The position numbers were made by a program, and so were the translations under genes. This document shows positions 1 to 9,272 of a stretch of 64,000 bases of DNA, one piece after another. Each line of letters begins with the position of its first letter. Within the stretch, counting starts at the first letter, position 1. This stretch comes from Eubacteriales bacterium (GTDB lineage Bacteria; Bacillota; Clostridia; Oscillospirales; CAG-272), in NCBI GenBank assembly GCA_045603085.1, contig JAZULL010000059.1, positions 3,585 through 67,584 on the forward strand. The letters are read 5' to 3'. The notes under the pieces were generated by a model, which was not told the origin of the DNA, made no database searches, and worked only from the letters and a program-made list of their open reading frames with translations.

Positions 1-402
1 ATTACTGTGCACGGTGGTCATAAACAGGTCGCCGTTGACAGCGGCAAGAACGGTCTGTCCGGGGTTTTCCTTGTTGTAATTTGAGGAAGCAGTCATCATC
101 GTCGAGGTGCTGACCACGTACTGACCGCCCTTAAGTACCTCAAGGGACAGGTTGGTGTTGGAAAGGTCACCGTAAGCGACCCAGGCTTCCTTATCACCGT
201 AGGTGCCGGCCAGCGTGATCTTTTGTACGGTTACGCCGGTCTTGGTGCCGTCGGCGAGTGTGATCTCCTCGATTTCTCTGCCAACCTCACCGGACAGCGT
301 ACCGACCGGGTTGACCTCCTCGTCGTCGGCAGTTGCGCTGAACGGAACGAAAACAGAAAGACAAAGGGTCAGACTCAAAACGACTAAAAGTAGCTTTTTC
401 AT
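1..402 (-). CDS. Secreted phosphodiester glycosidase (NAGPA-like) family protein, 5' part only (runs off window)
   Basis: ATG at 402-400 overlaps the upstream stop (ATGA) and follows an AAGGAG RBS. Translates MKKLLLVVLSLTLCLSVFVPFSATA (signal peptide) ... VLAAVNGDLF, a motif typical of this family. Not in the ORF track. Confidence 0.65.
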   Translation of the reverse strand, partial: MKKLLLVVLSLTLCLSVFVPFSATADDEEVNPVGTLSGEVGREIEEITLADGTKTGVTVQKITLAGTYGDKEAWVAYGDLSNTNLSLEVLKGGQYVVSTSTMMTASSNYNKENPGQTVLAAVNGDLFMTTVHSN

Positions 403-2573
403 GATCTATCTCCTTTTTTTGTTTTGGTTTTGAACGCAAGTAAGGTCAGTGCGGGTAAGAGCAGCATAAAGGGAAGGGCAAGTGCGCCCTTGCAGCCCTG
501 GGTGCCGGGGTGATTGCCGGTGCCGTCATCGGGCACGGTCTGCTCGGGCGGGATATATTCCAGCCCCGGGCCTTGGGTGGGTATTTCAATGGTGGGGGCT
601 TCGGTCACGGGCTTGGTGGTCTGCTCGTCCTCGATGAACCCGCCCTGTTCTGTAATGATGCCGTGCTGTGCGGCATATTTCAGCCATGCACTCTCATCGG
701 TAAAGAACAGCATATCCGAAATGCACACCGTCTGTCCTGCGGAGATCTGGGATGCTACGTCCAGTCGCATGCCCAGAATGTTCTGCGTCCAATGCGGCTT
801 GTCGGTCATATCGTAAACGAGATATTCCCATCCATTGCCCTTAAATCCGGCACCGATGCTTCTGGTGCCCTCGGCATAGTTGAAGCCGCCCGAATAGTAA
901 TAGAGCACGAAATTCTGCCCTTGGATCTCCTTATCGGCCATAATACGGAGCACAATGTACTTGTATTTATCCGCGCTGAGCATTTTTGTGCCCGAAAGGG
1001 CGGCGTAGGTCTGCAGATCAAAGCTGACAAAGGGGTCGTTGGTGGTTTCGGTTGCGCTGATCAGCGCGTGACCGTATTCGTTAAAGCTGACCTTGACCTT
1101 GTTTTCATCCGTAAAGCAGGGGGCAAGACTGTCGTCAAACCAAGTGATAATGTCCGATAGCCCCGAGGGTGCACGACCCTCTTCCTTGTATTTGTCTACG
1201 GGCGCACTGCCTTCGTGGAAGATCTCAAACGGAGCAGCTGCCGCGGCCTTTGCACTCTCATAATCGGGATAGAAACCGACAGAGGCGATATTGGCGTAGT
1301 CGGAGGTCTTGGCGTGATTGTCAATAAAGTCAAATCGCATGCCGTGGATCTGACCCACCCAATTTTCCTCCTCGTGAAGCGGAATGATATATCTGTGCCA
1401 ATTGCCGTCGTTTGTGGCCGCGAATGCGATATGGCTGTCACCCGACGGGCCGCGGATCGAACCTGCGCACAAAAACAGACGGAAAAGTCCCTGCGAGTTG
1501 GTGGATGGGGTCTGCGCCGTGATCACGGCGTAGCGATAGTGATCGGCACTGACGGAAATTTCTTTGGTATCTTTCAGGTAAGAGCTGATGTTGAAGTAAA
1601 TGTAGGGGTCGTTTGTGTCCTCGGTGGGATACATTTTGGTGTAAGTGCCCACCGTGTCGTCGCTGACGAGAGTCGCCGTCGCTCTGTTCATGCCGCCTAA
1701 ATACTCATAAGGTGTCAGCGTCATGTGAATGACAAGGTCGCCCGTGTAGTAATCGGGGGCGTTGTAGTAAAGGCGGATATATGAGACGGTCACGGCCCTA
1801 TCGGCCTGCAGCGTCACGTTTCCGGCATAGGTAACGTCAGAGAGGTCAAAGGTATGCACAAAACCACCCTCGGTGGGCTGTGCGGCAGAGGTTTGGGTAA
1901 AACGATGGGGGGAGGTCCGGTCGGTACAGGACAGCGTCAGCGTTGTCGCATCGGTGTCACTGAGCACCTCGACGCGCTCAAAAAGCCCTAAATTATGTGC
2001 ACCCAGATCCACCGATGCATTTGCTGACAGCGTCAGCGAATCCTTTGCACCAAGGCGCTTGGGATTGATCTGTCTGTAGGTGGCGGTCTCGGTGTCCACG
2101 TTTCCGACGGTAACGTTGAGCATGGCCAGCACGTTCAGCTCGTCACCCTGCTCGGTGATGCCGCGCACGAAGATATCGTATACGCCGTCGATCAGTCCCT
2201 GCACGTCAAACACAATGCGAAAGCCTGCCGTGCGGTAGGTGTTGGGGCAGTACGATTTGACATCCTCTCTGGCTTGCACCGCATCGTTATCGCGAATCCA
2301 GGTCTTGCCGCCGTCCAACGTATAGAGATAATAGGCCATTTGTCGGTCGGCTTTGATCCAGCCTGTGATCACGGGCTCGGCGTCCCTGCCGTATGAGGCA
2401 TCACGAATAATGGCGGGGGTGTTTTGGGACACCGTGTTCACGGGATGATCCACGGTGATTCTGTAGCTGCGCAGGGTATCCGCCTGCACGCCGATGCAGG
2501 CAAGGGTAATGAGCAGCACGGTACACAGAAGTGCACAGCCTGCACGGTATATGTAAGAAGAGTTTTTGATCAT
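399..2573 (-). CDS. Exported surface protein: Ig-like N-terminus, two copies of the 'DP(Y/F)...W...RFD' domain, Thr/Pro linker, Cys-TM-basic tail
   Basis: ORF 399..2585 with GGAGG before ATG 2573. Signal peptide present; ends QGCKGALALPFMLLLPALTLLAFKTKTKK. Confidence 0.8.
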   Translation of the reverse strand: MIKNSSYIYRAGCALLCTVLLITLACIGVQADTLRSYRITVDHPVNTVSQNTPAIIRDASYGRDAEPVITGWIKADRQMAYYLYTLDGGKTWIRDNDAVQAREDVKSYCPNTYRTAGFRIVFDVQGLIDGVYDIFVRGITEQGDELNVLAMLNVTVGNVDTETATYRQINPKRLGAKDSLTLSANASVDLGAHNLGLFERVEVLSDTDATTLTLSCTDRTSPHRFTQTSAAQPTEGGFVHTFDLSDVTYAGNVTLQADRAVTVSYIRLYYNAPDYYTGDLVIHMTLTPYEYLGGMNRATATLVSDDTVGTYTKMYPTEDTNDPYIYFNISSYLKDTKEISVSADHYRYAVITAQTPSTNSQGLFRLFLCAGSIRGPSGDSHIAFAATNDGNWHRYIIPLHEEENWVGQIHGMRFDFIDNHAKTSDYANIASVGFYPDYESAKAAAAAPFEIFHEGSAPVDKYKEEGRAPSGLSDIITWFDDSLAPCFTDENKVKVSFNEYGHALISATETTNDPFVSFDLQTYAALSGTKMLSADKYKYIVLRIMADKEIQGQNFVLYYYSGGFNYAEGTRSIGAGFKGNGWEYLVYDMTDKPHWTQNILGMRLDVASQISAGQTVCISDMLFFTDESAWLKYAAQHGIITEQGGFIEDEQTTKPVTEAPTIEIPTQGPGLEYIPPEQTVPDDGTGNHPGTQGCKGALALPFMLLLPALTLLAFKTKTKKGDRS

Positions 2574-2686
2574 ACGCTCCTCCAAAAATACAATACTTCA
2601 GTTTATATTATACAACAAGATTTCCGATATGCATAGAGGGTGCGGGGATTTTTTCGGTTTTGACGGATAATTTCGGGACATTGCAC

Positions 2687-2723
2687 AAAGAAAAAGCCCG
2701 CGTATCCAAACGGATACGCGGGC
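2687..2723 (-). terminator. Rho-independent terminator
   Basis: GCCCGCGTATCC-AAAC-GGATACGCGGGC with an A-run on the left (U-run on minus strand). Confidence 0.8.
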
Positions 2724-2755
2724 AAATTGTTTGTTTTCAGTTATGGTTTAAAGGA

Positions 2756-3613
2756 TTAGTCCTTCTTCTTGATGCAAACAGCACCCAGAGCGATCATGGC
2801 AACCAGAGCGGTTACGCTGATGATAGAGCCACAGCTCTTCTCGGGCTCGGTGGTTGCGGGAGGAGCGGTCTGAATCTCAGAGGTGGGAGCCTCGGTCTCT
2901 TCCTCGGTGGTATCATCCTCAGTATCCTCGGGAGTGGTGTCCTCTTCCTCGTCGTAGCCTGCGTATGCAAGAGCCTCTTCCTCGGTTGCGAAGAATGCCA
3001 TTTCGTACAGGTAAATGACGGTCTCCTCATCGGCGCCCATGGGGTCAAATCTGAAGCTGTTGTAGTTGCCTTCGCAGTCGCCGGTCAGGTCGTAGATGAT
3101 GTACTCGATCTCACCGGTACCCTCACAAGGATAGTCGGTTACGGTAGCGTAAGCAGGGTCTGCACCGTTAACGGTGCCTGCGCAGTAGAACAGCTCGAAA
3201 TCGTCAACGTAGCCTTCGATCTTGAGCTTGAAAACAACGAAGGGGTAGGACTGAGAATCCAGGTGCTCAAGGTCTGCCTTTCTGATGTACTGGGAATACT
3301 GAATGTAGAAGTAGGGGTCGCCGGGATCATTGATCAGAACTCTTGCGCCTTCCCACTCGGACTTAAAGAAGGTCTTGTTAACGCCGTTTGGAGCGCTCAG
3401 AAGTCTCCAAGCCTTGCAATCATCGTTGAAGATCAGCAGGGTGTTGGAATAAGAGGGAGCAGCCTCTTCGGTGGTATCTTCGACAGTAGTGCCGTCAACG
3501 TAGGTGTTTTCCTCGGTGGTTTCTTCGGTAGTCTCTTCAGCTGCGATTGCGGTCAGTGCGAAGCAGGAAGCAACCATCAGCAGAGAAAGAACCAGAGCCA
3601 GTAATTTCTTCAT
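2756..3613 (-). CDS. Exported protein with one 'DPY...RFD' domain, ETT-rich linkers and Cys-TM-KKKD tail
   Basis: AAGGAG RBS before ATG 3613; MKKLLALVLSLLMVASCFALTAIA signal; ends KSCGSIISVTALVAMIALGAVCIKKKD. Confidence 0.85.
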   Translation of the reverse strand: MKKLLALVLSLLMVASCFALTAIAAEETTEETTEENTYVDGTTVEDTTEEAAPSYSNTLLIFNDDCKAWRLLSAPNGVNKTFFKSEWEGARVLINDPGDPYFYIQYSQYIRKADLEHLDSQSYPFVVFKLKIEGYVDDFELFYCAGTVNGADPAYATVTDYPCEGTGEIEYIIYDLTGDCEGNYNSFRFDPMGADEETVIYLYEMAFFATEEEALAYAGYDEEEDTTPEDTEDDTTEEETEAPTSEIQTAPPATTEPEKSCGSIISVTALVAMIALGAVCIKKKD

Positions 3614-3751
3614 GGTTATAATCTCCTTTAATAAAGAATATTTGGACATTTATCATTTTATACTATTTTTTCGGAATTGTCAACAGACTGACGGTATTTT
3701 TCGTGACAAAATCGAAAAAGTGGTCACAAAAAGCCAATAAAAACCCGTAAA

Positions 3752-3783
3752 TCGAAAGAAAGGGAGCCGCTTTCGCGGCTCCC
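3752..3783 (-). terminator. Rho-independent terminator
   Basis: GGGAGCCGC-TTTC-GCGGCTCCC preceded by an A-rich run. Confidence 0.75.
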
Positions 3784-3817
3784 CGTATGGGTGAATTGGT
3801 TAGTTGAGTCCTAAGAA

Positions 3818-6800
3818 TCAGTCCTTCTTCTTGAAGCAAACTGCGCCAAGAGCGATCATGGAAGCAAGAGCCAGAACGGTGCCTGCTGCCAGAGCGGACT
3901 TACAGCCCTTCTTTGGCTCTTCGGGCTCGGTGGTAATTTCCTCGGAGCCGTCGGGAGCGGTGGTCTGGTCGTCGGTGTTGTCGGTGTTGTCGGGAGCGGT
4001 GGTATCGTTGCCGGGATCCTGCGTGGTGTCGTCACCGGGATCTGTGGTGGTGTCGTCGGTAGAGTCCTCGGGAATTTCGGTGTAAACTGCGTTTACAACG
4101 ACGTCCTTGCCCAGCTCGAATGCTTCCCATTCACCGGTATAGCCTTCCTTTGCGGGAACGCCGGGAACGGTAATGGACTCGGTGCCTTCTCTGTAGCGGA
4201 TCTCCCTGACAACAACGTCGTCAGCCATAAAGGTTACGGTGTAGAACTTGGGAGCAGTCCATACCTGTTCGTCAAACGCCTCAAAGTCGCCCACGGTCTT
4301 GAAGAAGCCAACGTAAGCTACGTCGATGGTGCCGGGGTAACGCAGGAAGTCGAAGCGGAAGTAATCAAGAGAAACGGTGCCGTCCTCGTTGACCTGCAGC
4401 TTGCCGGGATAGCCGGGAGCGTTTGCAACGTCAGCCAGATTGACGTAAGCGGTGTGCCATTCACCGTCGTTCTGGATGGGATCGACGAATTTCAGCCAGT
4501 CGTCGCCGGACAGATCGCCCTTACCGATAAAGCACTCGTTGTGCATTTCGTGTGCCAGGTCGGAGGTGGTTCTGTATCTGATGGCCAGGATCGGACCAAC
4601 GGTCAGGTTTGCGCCGTGCAAGAGGAAGAAGCTGGGGTCAGCGCCGTTGCAGGAAAGGCTCATGTAGCCCTCGTCGTAGTTGTAGATGCCTGCAGCGTCG
4701 GTCACGCCCATGGTGGTAAACAGACCTTCGCCGTCGAAGATATAGCCTTCTACGGTTGCGGGATCAACGGGAGTAGCGGGAGCAACACCCTCGTCAGCAG
4801 CGGCAGCAGCCTCTGCAGCGGCGGCGTTGGAGTAGAAAGCGATATAGGAAATGTCGATGGAGTCGCCGGCGGTAACAGTGGGGCTGTCCAGCGGGTCGAA
4901 GCGGAAATTCTGCAGGGTCTGACCGTACAGATCGCCCCAGACTGCAGAAGCGTCAACAATGGTGGTGTGCCACTGGCCGTCGTTGTTATAGGTAATGTTG
5001 GTATGCGTCTTTTCAAAGGGATTTGCCCAATTGTAGCCGCCCGAGGTAGCGGTGAAGAATTCACCGTTGGTCTGGCTGGTGGTTCTGTACTTGATGACCA
5101 CGTAGCGCAGCTGGTTAGCGTAGGCGGTGGGAGCGTTGCCTAACGTCAGGTAGGGGTCGCCCTCGGTTGCCTTAAAGGTTACGTAGCCGTTAGCGGGATC
5201 GTGCTCGCCCAGCTCGACGTGAGTCATGGTGGCAAAGCCGTAGGTTGCGGCGGGATCGGTCAGCCACAGCGAGAAATCGTATACGAATACGGGGGACATG
5301 GAGTGCATGTTGCCGATGTCTACCAGAGAATCGGTAGCGGCGTCGTAAACGGTCTCATCCTTGGTGATTCTGTTGAGCGTAGTAGCAACGGATGCGTTGG
5401 CAGACGCTTCACGAAGCGCGGTGGACTTGTAAATGCCGATGTAAGCGACGTCGATCGAGCCTACAAAGTTGATAGCCAGATCTGCAATCGCATCAAGACC
5501 TGCGGTATCCAGGTCAACGTAAGCAACGTTCCACAGGCCGTCGGTTGCAAGAGCAACAGCCTCGCTGTTGTTAACGGACAGGGTAGCGTCTGCGGTGTTG
5601 GTTCTGTAGATCACGGCAACGTACTTGAATGCGGGATTGAGGTTTACGCCAACGTTGGTCATGGCAGCACCCTCGGCGGTTGCAACTGCCTTGACGTAGC
5701 CGGGAGCAGCCTTGATCACCGAAGCGTCAGCGGTGGGCAGGAAGTCGATCTCCTCGGAGCCGGTGGTCAGATCCCAGATCAGCTGTGCGGGATTTGCCGC
5801 AACGTAATAGCCCATAAAGCCGGTGGAAACGAGGTTGCCGTCAACGTAGAATTCCACGTCGGGGTTGACGGATTCATTCGCACCCTTGGGGGTAATGGTG
5901 CCGTCGATGGGAGCAAACTGCAGGTAAACGTCACCCTTGACTGCGCCTGCGGGAAGGTCGATGGTCACGTCCTGATTATCTGCCAGGCCGGTTACCTCGG
6001 TGCTCCATACGGGTCTTGTGGAGGTGGTGGTTGCAAGGTCGGTGTTCCATGCAAATGCTTCAACCTTCATCTTGTCGGTAGAGCCGCTGTAGGTTGCAAG
6101 GCTTTGAATGGTAAAGGAGTACAGACCGTCGCAAGCGTCGAGGTGTACGCCGAATTTTCTGTCGCCGGTTCCGTTTTCAAACAGAACGCCGGTGTTACCG
6201 GTACCGACTGCCACGGTGGAGAGGTCCATGTGGATGGTGCCGGTCAGGGTCACGCACTGATAGTTGTCGTTTCTTGCCTGAACCGAAACGGTGTGCACAC
6301 CGCCGGACAGGGTGTTGGTGGGAATGACGAGATTTTCAAAAGCGCCGTTCTCGCCTGCCTCATAGGAAGCGGCGGTCCAGGTAGAACCGTTGATCGAGTA
6401 GAACCAGGAGGTCCATGCGCCGGTGGGGATGGTGAGCGCACCGCTCAGCACAACGTCCTCGCCGATATTCACGGAAGGAATACCGTTTGCAAAGGGGTTG
6501 GTGGTCAGATCCAGCGTGTACTGGTCCGGGGAGAGCTCCTCTGCGCTGAAGAATTCGATGCTCTGAATGTCCACGGTGCAGCCCGAAGCGTTGCCGCCGG
6601 TGAAGGGGTCAAGACGGAATAACTGCAGCGCATTGGAGTGCTGAGGATTCTGGGTCAGGTCAAGGATCACGGAGTGCCACTCGCCGTCGTTGACGTAGTC
6701 GTAAGAGAGGCAGAAGAAGGAGCCGGAGTTCAGGAAGTATTCGCCCAGCGTGCAAGCGCCGGAGGTTCTGTAGGTGATCTTCATGAATTGGCTCTGGCCG

Positions 6801-7048
6801 ATTTCTGCAACCTTTGCGTTATAGTAAACGTAAGGGTCGCCGCCGGAAGCGGTAAAGGAGGCGTATTCAACGTCGCCTTCGGAGTTTTTGGTGATCGTGA
6901 GCTGATTTGTGCCGGTGCCGGTGGTAGCCAGCTCATCGGCGGTCAGTGTCGCAAGCACCTTGCCTTCTGCGGACGCTGTCATGGCAAAGCTTGTCAGGCA
7001 AGATGCCACCAGCAGAACGCAAAGCAAAAAGGATAATACTTTTTTCAT
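3818..7048 (-). CDS. Large exported protein: 3-4 'DP...RFD' domains, InlB B-repeat-like domain, DTT-rich linker, Cys-TM-KKKD tail
   Basis: AAGGAG RBS before ATG 7048; signal peptide; YTVTF...PAKEGYTGEW...NAVY repeat; ends KKGCKSALAAGTVLALASMIALGAVCFKKKD. Confidence 0.85.
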   Translation of the reverse strand: MKKVLSFLLCVLLVASCLTSFAMTASAEGKVLATLTADELATTGTGTNQLTITKNSEGDVEYASFTASGGDPYVYYNAKVAEIGQSQFMKITYRTSGACTLGEYFLNSGSFFCLSYDYVNDGEWHSVILDLTQNPQHSNALQLFRLDPFTGGNASGCTVDIQSIEFFSAEELSPDQYTLDLTTNPFANGIPSVNIGEDVVLSGALTIPTGAWTSWFYSINGSTWTAASYEAGENGAFENLVIPTNTLSGGVHTVSVQARNDNYQCVTLTGTIHMDLSTVAVGTGNTGVLFENGTGDRKFGVHLDACDGLYSFTIQSLATYSGSTDKMKVEAFAWNTDLATTTSTRPVWSTEVTGLADNQDVTIDLPAGAVKGDVYLQFAPIDGTITPKGANESVNPDVEFYVDGNLVSTGFMGYYVAANPAQLIWDLTTGSEEIDFLPTADASVIKAAPGYVKAVATAEGAAMTNVGVNLNPAFKYVAVIYRTNTADATLSVNNSEAVALATDGLWNVAYVDLDTAGLDAIADLAINFVGSIDVAYIGIYKSTALREASANASVATTLNRITKDETVYDAATDSLVDIGNMHSMSPVFVYDFSLWLTDPAATYGFATMTHVELGEHDPANGYVTFKATEGDPYLTLGNAPTAYANQLRYVVIKYRTTSQTNGEFFTATSGGYNWANPFEKTHTNITYNNDGQWHTTIVDASAVWGDLYGQTLQNFRFDPLDSPTVTAGDSIDISYIAFYSNAAAAEAAAAADEGVAPATPVDPATVEGYIFDGEGLFTTMGVTDAAGIYNYDEGYMSLSCNGADPSFFLLHGANLTVGPILAIRYRTTSDLAHEMHNECFIGKGDLSGDDWLKFVDPIQNDGEWHTAYVNLADVANAPGYPGKLQVNEDGTVSLDYFRFDFLRYPGTIDVAYVGFFKTVGDFEAFDEQVWTAPKFYTVTFMADDVVVREIRYREGTESITVPGVPAKEGYTGEWEAFELGKDVVVNAVYTEIPEDSTDDTTTDPGDDTTQDPGNDTTAPDNTDNTDDQTTAPDGSEEITTEPEEPKKGCKSALAAGTVLALASMIALGAVCFKKKD

Positions 7049-7207
7049 GGGGGATTCTCCTTTTCTGATTTTTTGGTCACTTACATTATAAAACAAATCG
7101 TGCAAAAGGTCAATCGTTCTTTGGGCCAAACGGCGTAAATCAGCGTTTGGCACAAAAAACGAAACTCACTTTTGCACGATTTCACAATGACAAAATGTCG
7201 TATCGAA

Positions 7208-8095
7208 TCAATATTCTGTTTTTATGTAACAGCTGTCACGGTAAACGACGGTATAAGTGCCGCCGTAAAGGATGTGATCTCCCACCTTTGCATAAGGAGT
7301 GACGGCCACGTGCACCTCACCCACGGCGTCCAGCGTAAGCTCAGCGGTATAAAGTACGGCATAACCCAGCTGTGCGGCAGTATAGGTCTGTCCGTCGCCG
7401 TTAATGGCATCGGTCATATCCGAGCCGTCAAGCGTCAGCTCGCGCGTACCCTCGGCATCGGTGATCAGGCAGATAAAGCCATAGTGGCTAAGCGCATCGG
7501 GGGTGTCTGTCGCAGCACAGATGCGCACCGAGAAGGTGTCGTCGCTCGCTTCGGTCTCCTGGCAGGCCAGATAATGCACGGGAGCCGGGGGCAGAGGCGG
7601 ATCGGTCACGGTCACGTTTGCCACACAGCCGCCCACGTCAAGCGGCAGAGCGGTTCCGTCCTCGGCAAGCGCATAGAAGGATGCCGCATCGGGCACGGAG
7701 AACGTGATCGGATAGGTGCCGGGAGCGATCTCCTCGGCGGTGATAAAGGAAAGGGAGAGCAGGGCGTCTGCGATCTGCACGTTTTGCACGGCGTCAAGCA
7801 AAATATTCAGCTTGCCGTCGTTGCCCGCATAGGTCAGGGTCAGATCCTCAAGCCCGTCCACCAAGGTAACGGTGTCAAGCGTCATGAGCGCGGAGTCGTA
7901 GTCCACCGAAATGAACCCGCCCGCAATCGCTGTGTCCTGCAAGGACAGATGAATCGTGACAGACTCTCCGGGTGTGACCGTGTCGGTCTGCTCCCAGCCA
8001 AGCGCGGGGGATTCTGCGCCAATGCTGAGCGGTAGGGCAATAAGAGAGAGCGAAAGGGTGATGATCAAGCACAAAATTTTACCAAAGTATCTCAT
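7208..8095 (-). CDS. Secreted cohesin-like domain protein
   Basis: AGGAGG RBS and signal peptide. VTPGESVTIHLSL...VDYDSALMTL...LLSLSF...APGTYPITF matches the cohesin beta-sandwich pattern. Confidence 0.65.
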   Translation of the reverse strand: MRYFGKILCLIITLSLSLIALPLSIGAESPALGWEQTDTVTPGESVTIHLSLQDTAIAGGFISVDYDSALMTLDTVTLVDGLEDLTLTYAGNDGKLNILLDAVQNVQIADALLSLSFITAEEIAPGTYPITFSVPDAASFYALAEDGTALPLDVGGCVANVTVTDPPLPPAPVHYLACQETEASDDTFSVRICAATDTPDALSHYGFICLITDAEGTRELTLDGSDMTDAINGDGQTYTAAQLGYAVLYTAELTLDAVGEVHVAVTPYAKVGDHILYGGTYTVVYRDSCYIKTEY

Positions 8096-8361
8096 AGTTT
8101 CCTCCTTTCCCAATCTATGAATTCATTATACACGAATATCACGGATTTGTCAATCGATACAAATGTTTCCATGAGAAATAGCGGCACAGATGCGCATACT
8201 AATTCCGACCCCAAATCACGGAGGAATAGCGTGAAAGTTCACTCCTCATATCTGATCAGTTTACCGTTCACGCTTAAACCTCAACTAAAAACAGATCTTG
8301 TCCATTTTAGTTGAGCTTTCAAAACTTGTTTACGCCGCAAAAGGCGGCAGGGAGATGAATT

Positions 8362-8655
8362 ATGAAATATACCGGAAAAGCTTTGATGCTGGCGCTTGCG
8401 GGCGCCATGCTTTGCGCGTCATTGACGGCATGCGTGGGCGGTGGCGGTAACGTGGAAGAAACGACTGCGACCGGCACGACCGAAAAGACGACCACCGAAC
8501 AGGCGACTACCGCGCCCACGACCGACAGCGGCATCGTCGACGAGGTGGTGGGAGATGTCAGCGAGGCGTTGACCACACAGACCGAAACCACCGGTTCTGC
8601 CGGCAGAGACATGGGCAGAATGCGCCCCGGCATGCGCGGCAGAGACGGAAAATAA
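8362..8655 (+). CDS. Small Thr-rich lipoprotein, unknown function
   Basis: GGGAG RBS; lipobox LTAC; TT-rich body; terminator follows. Confidence 0.7.
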   Translation: MKYTGKALMLALAGAMLCASLTACVGGGGNVEETTATGTTEKTTTEQATTAPTTDSGIVDEVVGDVSEALTTQTETTGSAGRDMGRMRPGMRGRDGK

Positions 8656-8682
8656 AAAAAGCCTGCTTCGGCAGGCTTTTTT
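8655..8682 (+). terminator. Rho-independent terminator (possibly bidirectional)
   Basis: AAAAAA-GCCTGC-TTCG-GCAGGC-TTTTTT. Confidence 0.8.
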
Positions 8683-8750
8683 AAGGTAAGAGGTAACAGT
8701 CAATAATGAAAAGGTAGAAAACCCTTGTGTGACAAGGGTTTTCTTGGTGA

Positions 8751-8850
8751 TTCGCTTTATACAAAGTGAAGTTATGAGTTTGCTAAACAATCATAACTCA
8801 TAACTCGCCCGCAGGGCGATCATAACTGTGAATCGCTGTGGCGATTCACA
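8751..8850. repeat. Hairpin-linker array, GTTATGA/TCATAAC variant
   Basis: Short hairpins separated by GTTATGA (8771) and TCATAAC (8791, 8798, 8820). The last hairpin (8827-8850) spans the DUF378 stop codon. Confidence 0.65.
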
Positions 8851-9070
8851 TCTCCTCGGGCTGCTCGAAGGTGTCCTTGACGCGAAAGATCAGAGAGATG
8901 CACCAAAGGGCCGCAAGTCCTACCAGCACGTAAACGATTCTGGAAAGGATAGCGCCCTGTCCGCCAAACAGCCATGCGACCGCATCAAATTGGAAAAGGC
9001 CGATGCTACCCCAGTTCAGGCCGCCGATGGCGGCAATGGCCAGCGCAATTCTATCAATGATAGACATCAT
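8846..9070 (-). CDS. DUF378 (YuzA-like) small membrane protein
   Basis: IGGLNWGSIGLFQFDAVAWLFG...SRIVYVLVGLAALW signature; AGGAG RBS. Confidence 0.9.
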   Translation of the reverse strand: MMSIIDRIALAIAAIGGLNWGSIGLFQFDAVAWLFGGQGAILSRIVYVLVGLAALWCISLIFRVKDTFEQPEEM

Positions 9071-9113
9071 AATATATCCGTCTCCTATTGTATATTTGGA
9101 TGATATCCGTTCA

Positions 9114-9142
9114 TAGTCTGCGCAGTTTTGCGGGTTTTATGC
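9114..9142 (-). promoter_or_regulatory. SigG-like promoter for the DUF378 gene
   Basis: Minus strand GCATA-N17-CAGACTA resembles the SigG consensus; B. subtilis yuzA is SigG/SigB controlled. Confidence 0.4.
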
Positions 9143-9186
9143 CAAAATATTTGCGCGCGGGAACAGATATTTAGAAAATGTACCGA

Positions 9187-9215
9187 TTGACAGCCGATTT
9201 AAGCTGTGATATAAT
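9187..9215 (+). promoter_or_regulatory. Sigma-A promoter of lysS
   Basis: TTGACA-N17-TATAAT. Confidence 0.8.
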
Positions 9216-9272
9216 ATAATGGACAAGATATGTAAACTTATCAAATTTTTATATATAAAAGGAGATTTGACT

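Noticed and set aside
3560-7048. VASC lipoboxes in the signal peptides of 2756..3613 and 3818..7048
   Set aside because: The hydrophobic stretch continues past the Cys to a clear AxA signal peptidase I site, so the lipoprotein call is not supported.
8716-8744. AGAAAACCCTTG-tgtga-CAAGGGTTTTCT palindrome as a recombination or att site
   Set aside because: No integrase, tRNA or direct-repeat partner in the window; may simply be a terminator-like hairpin.
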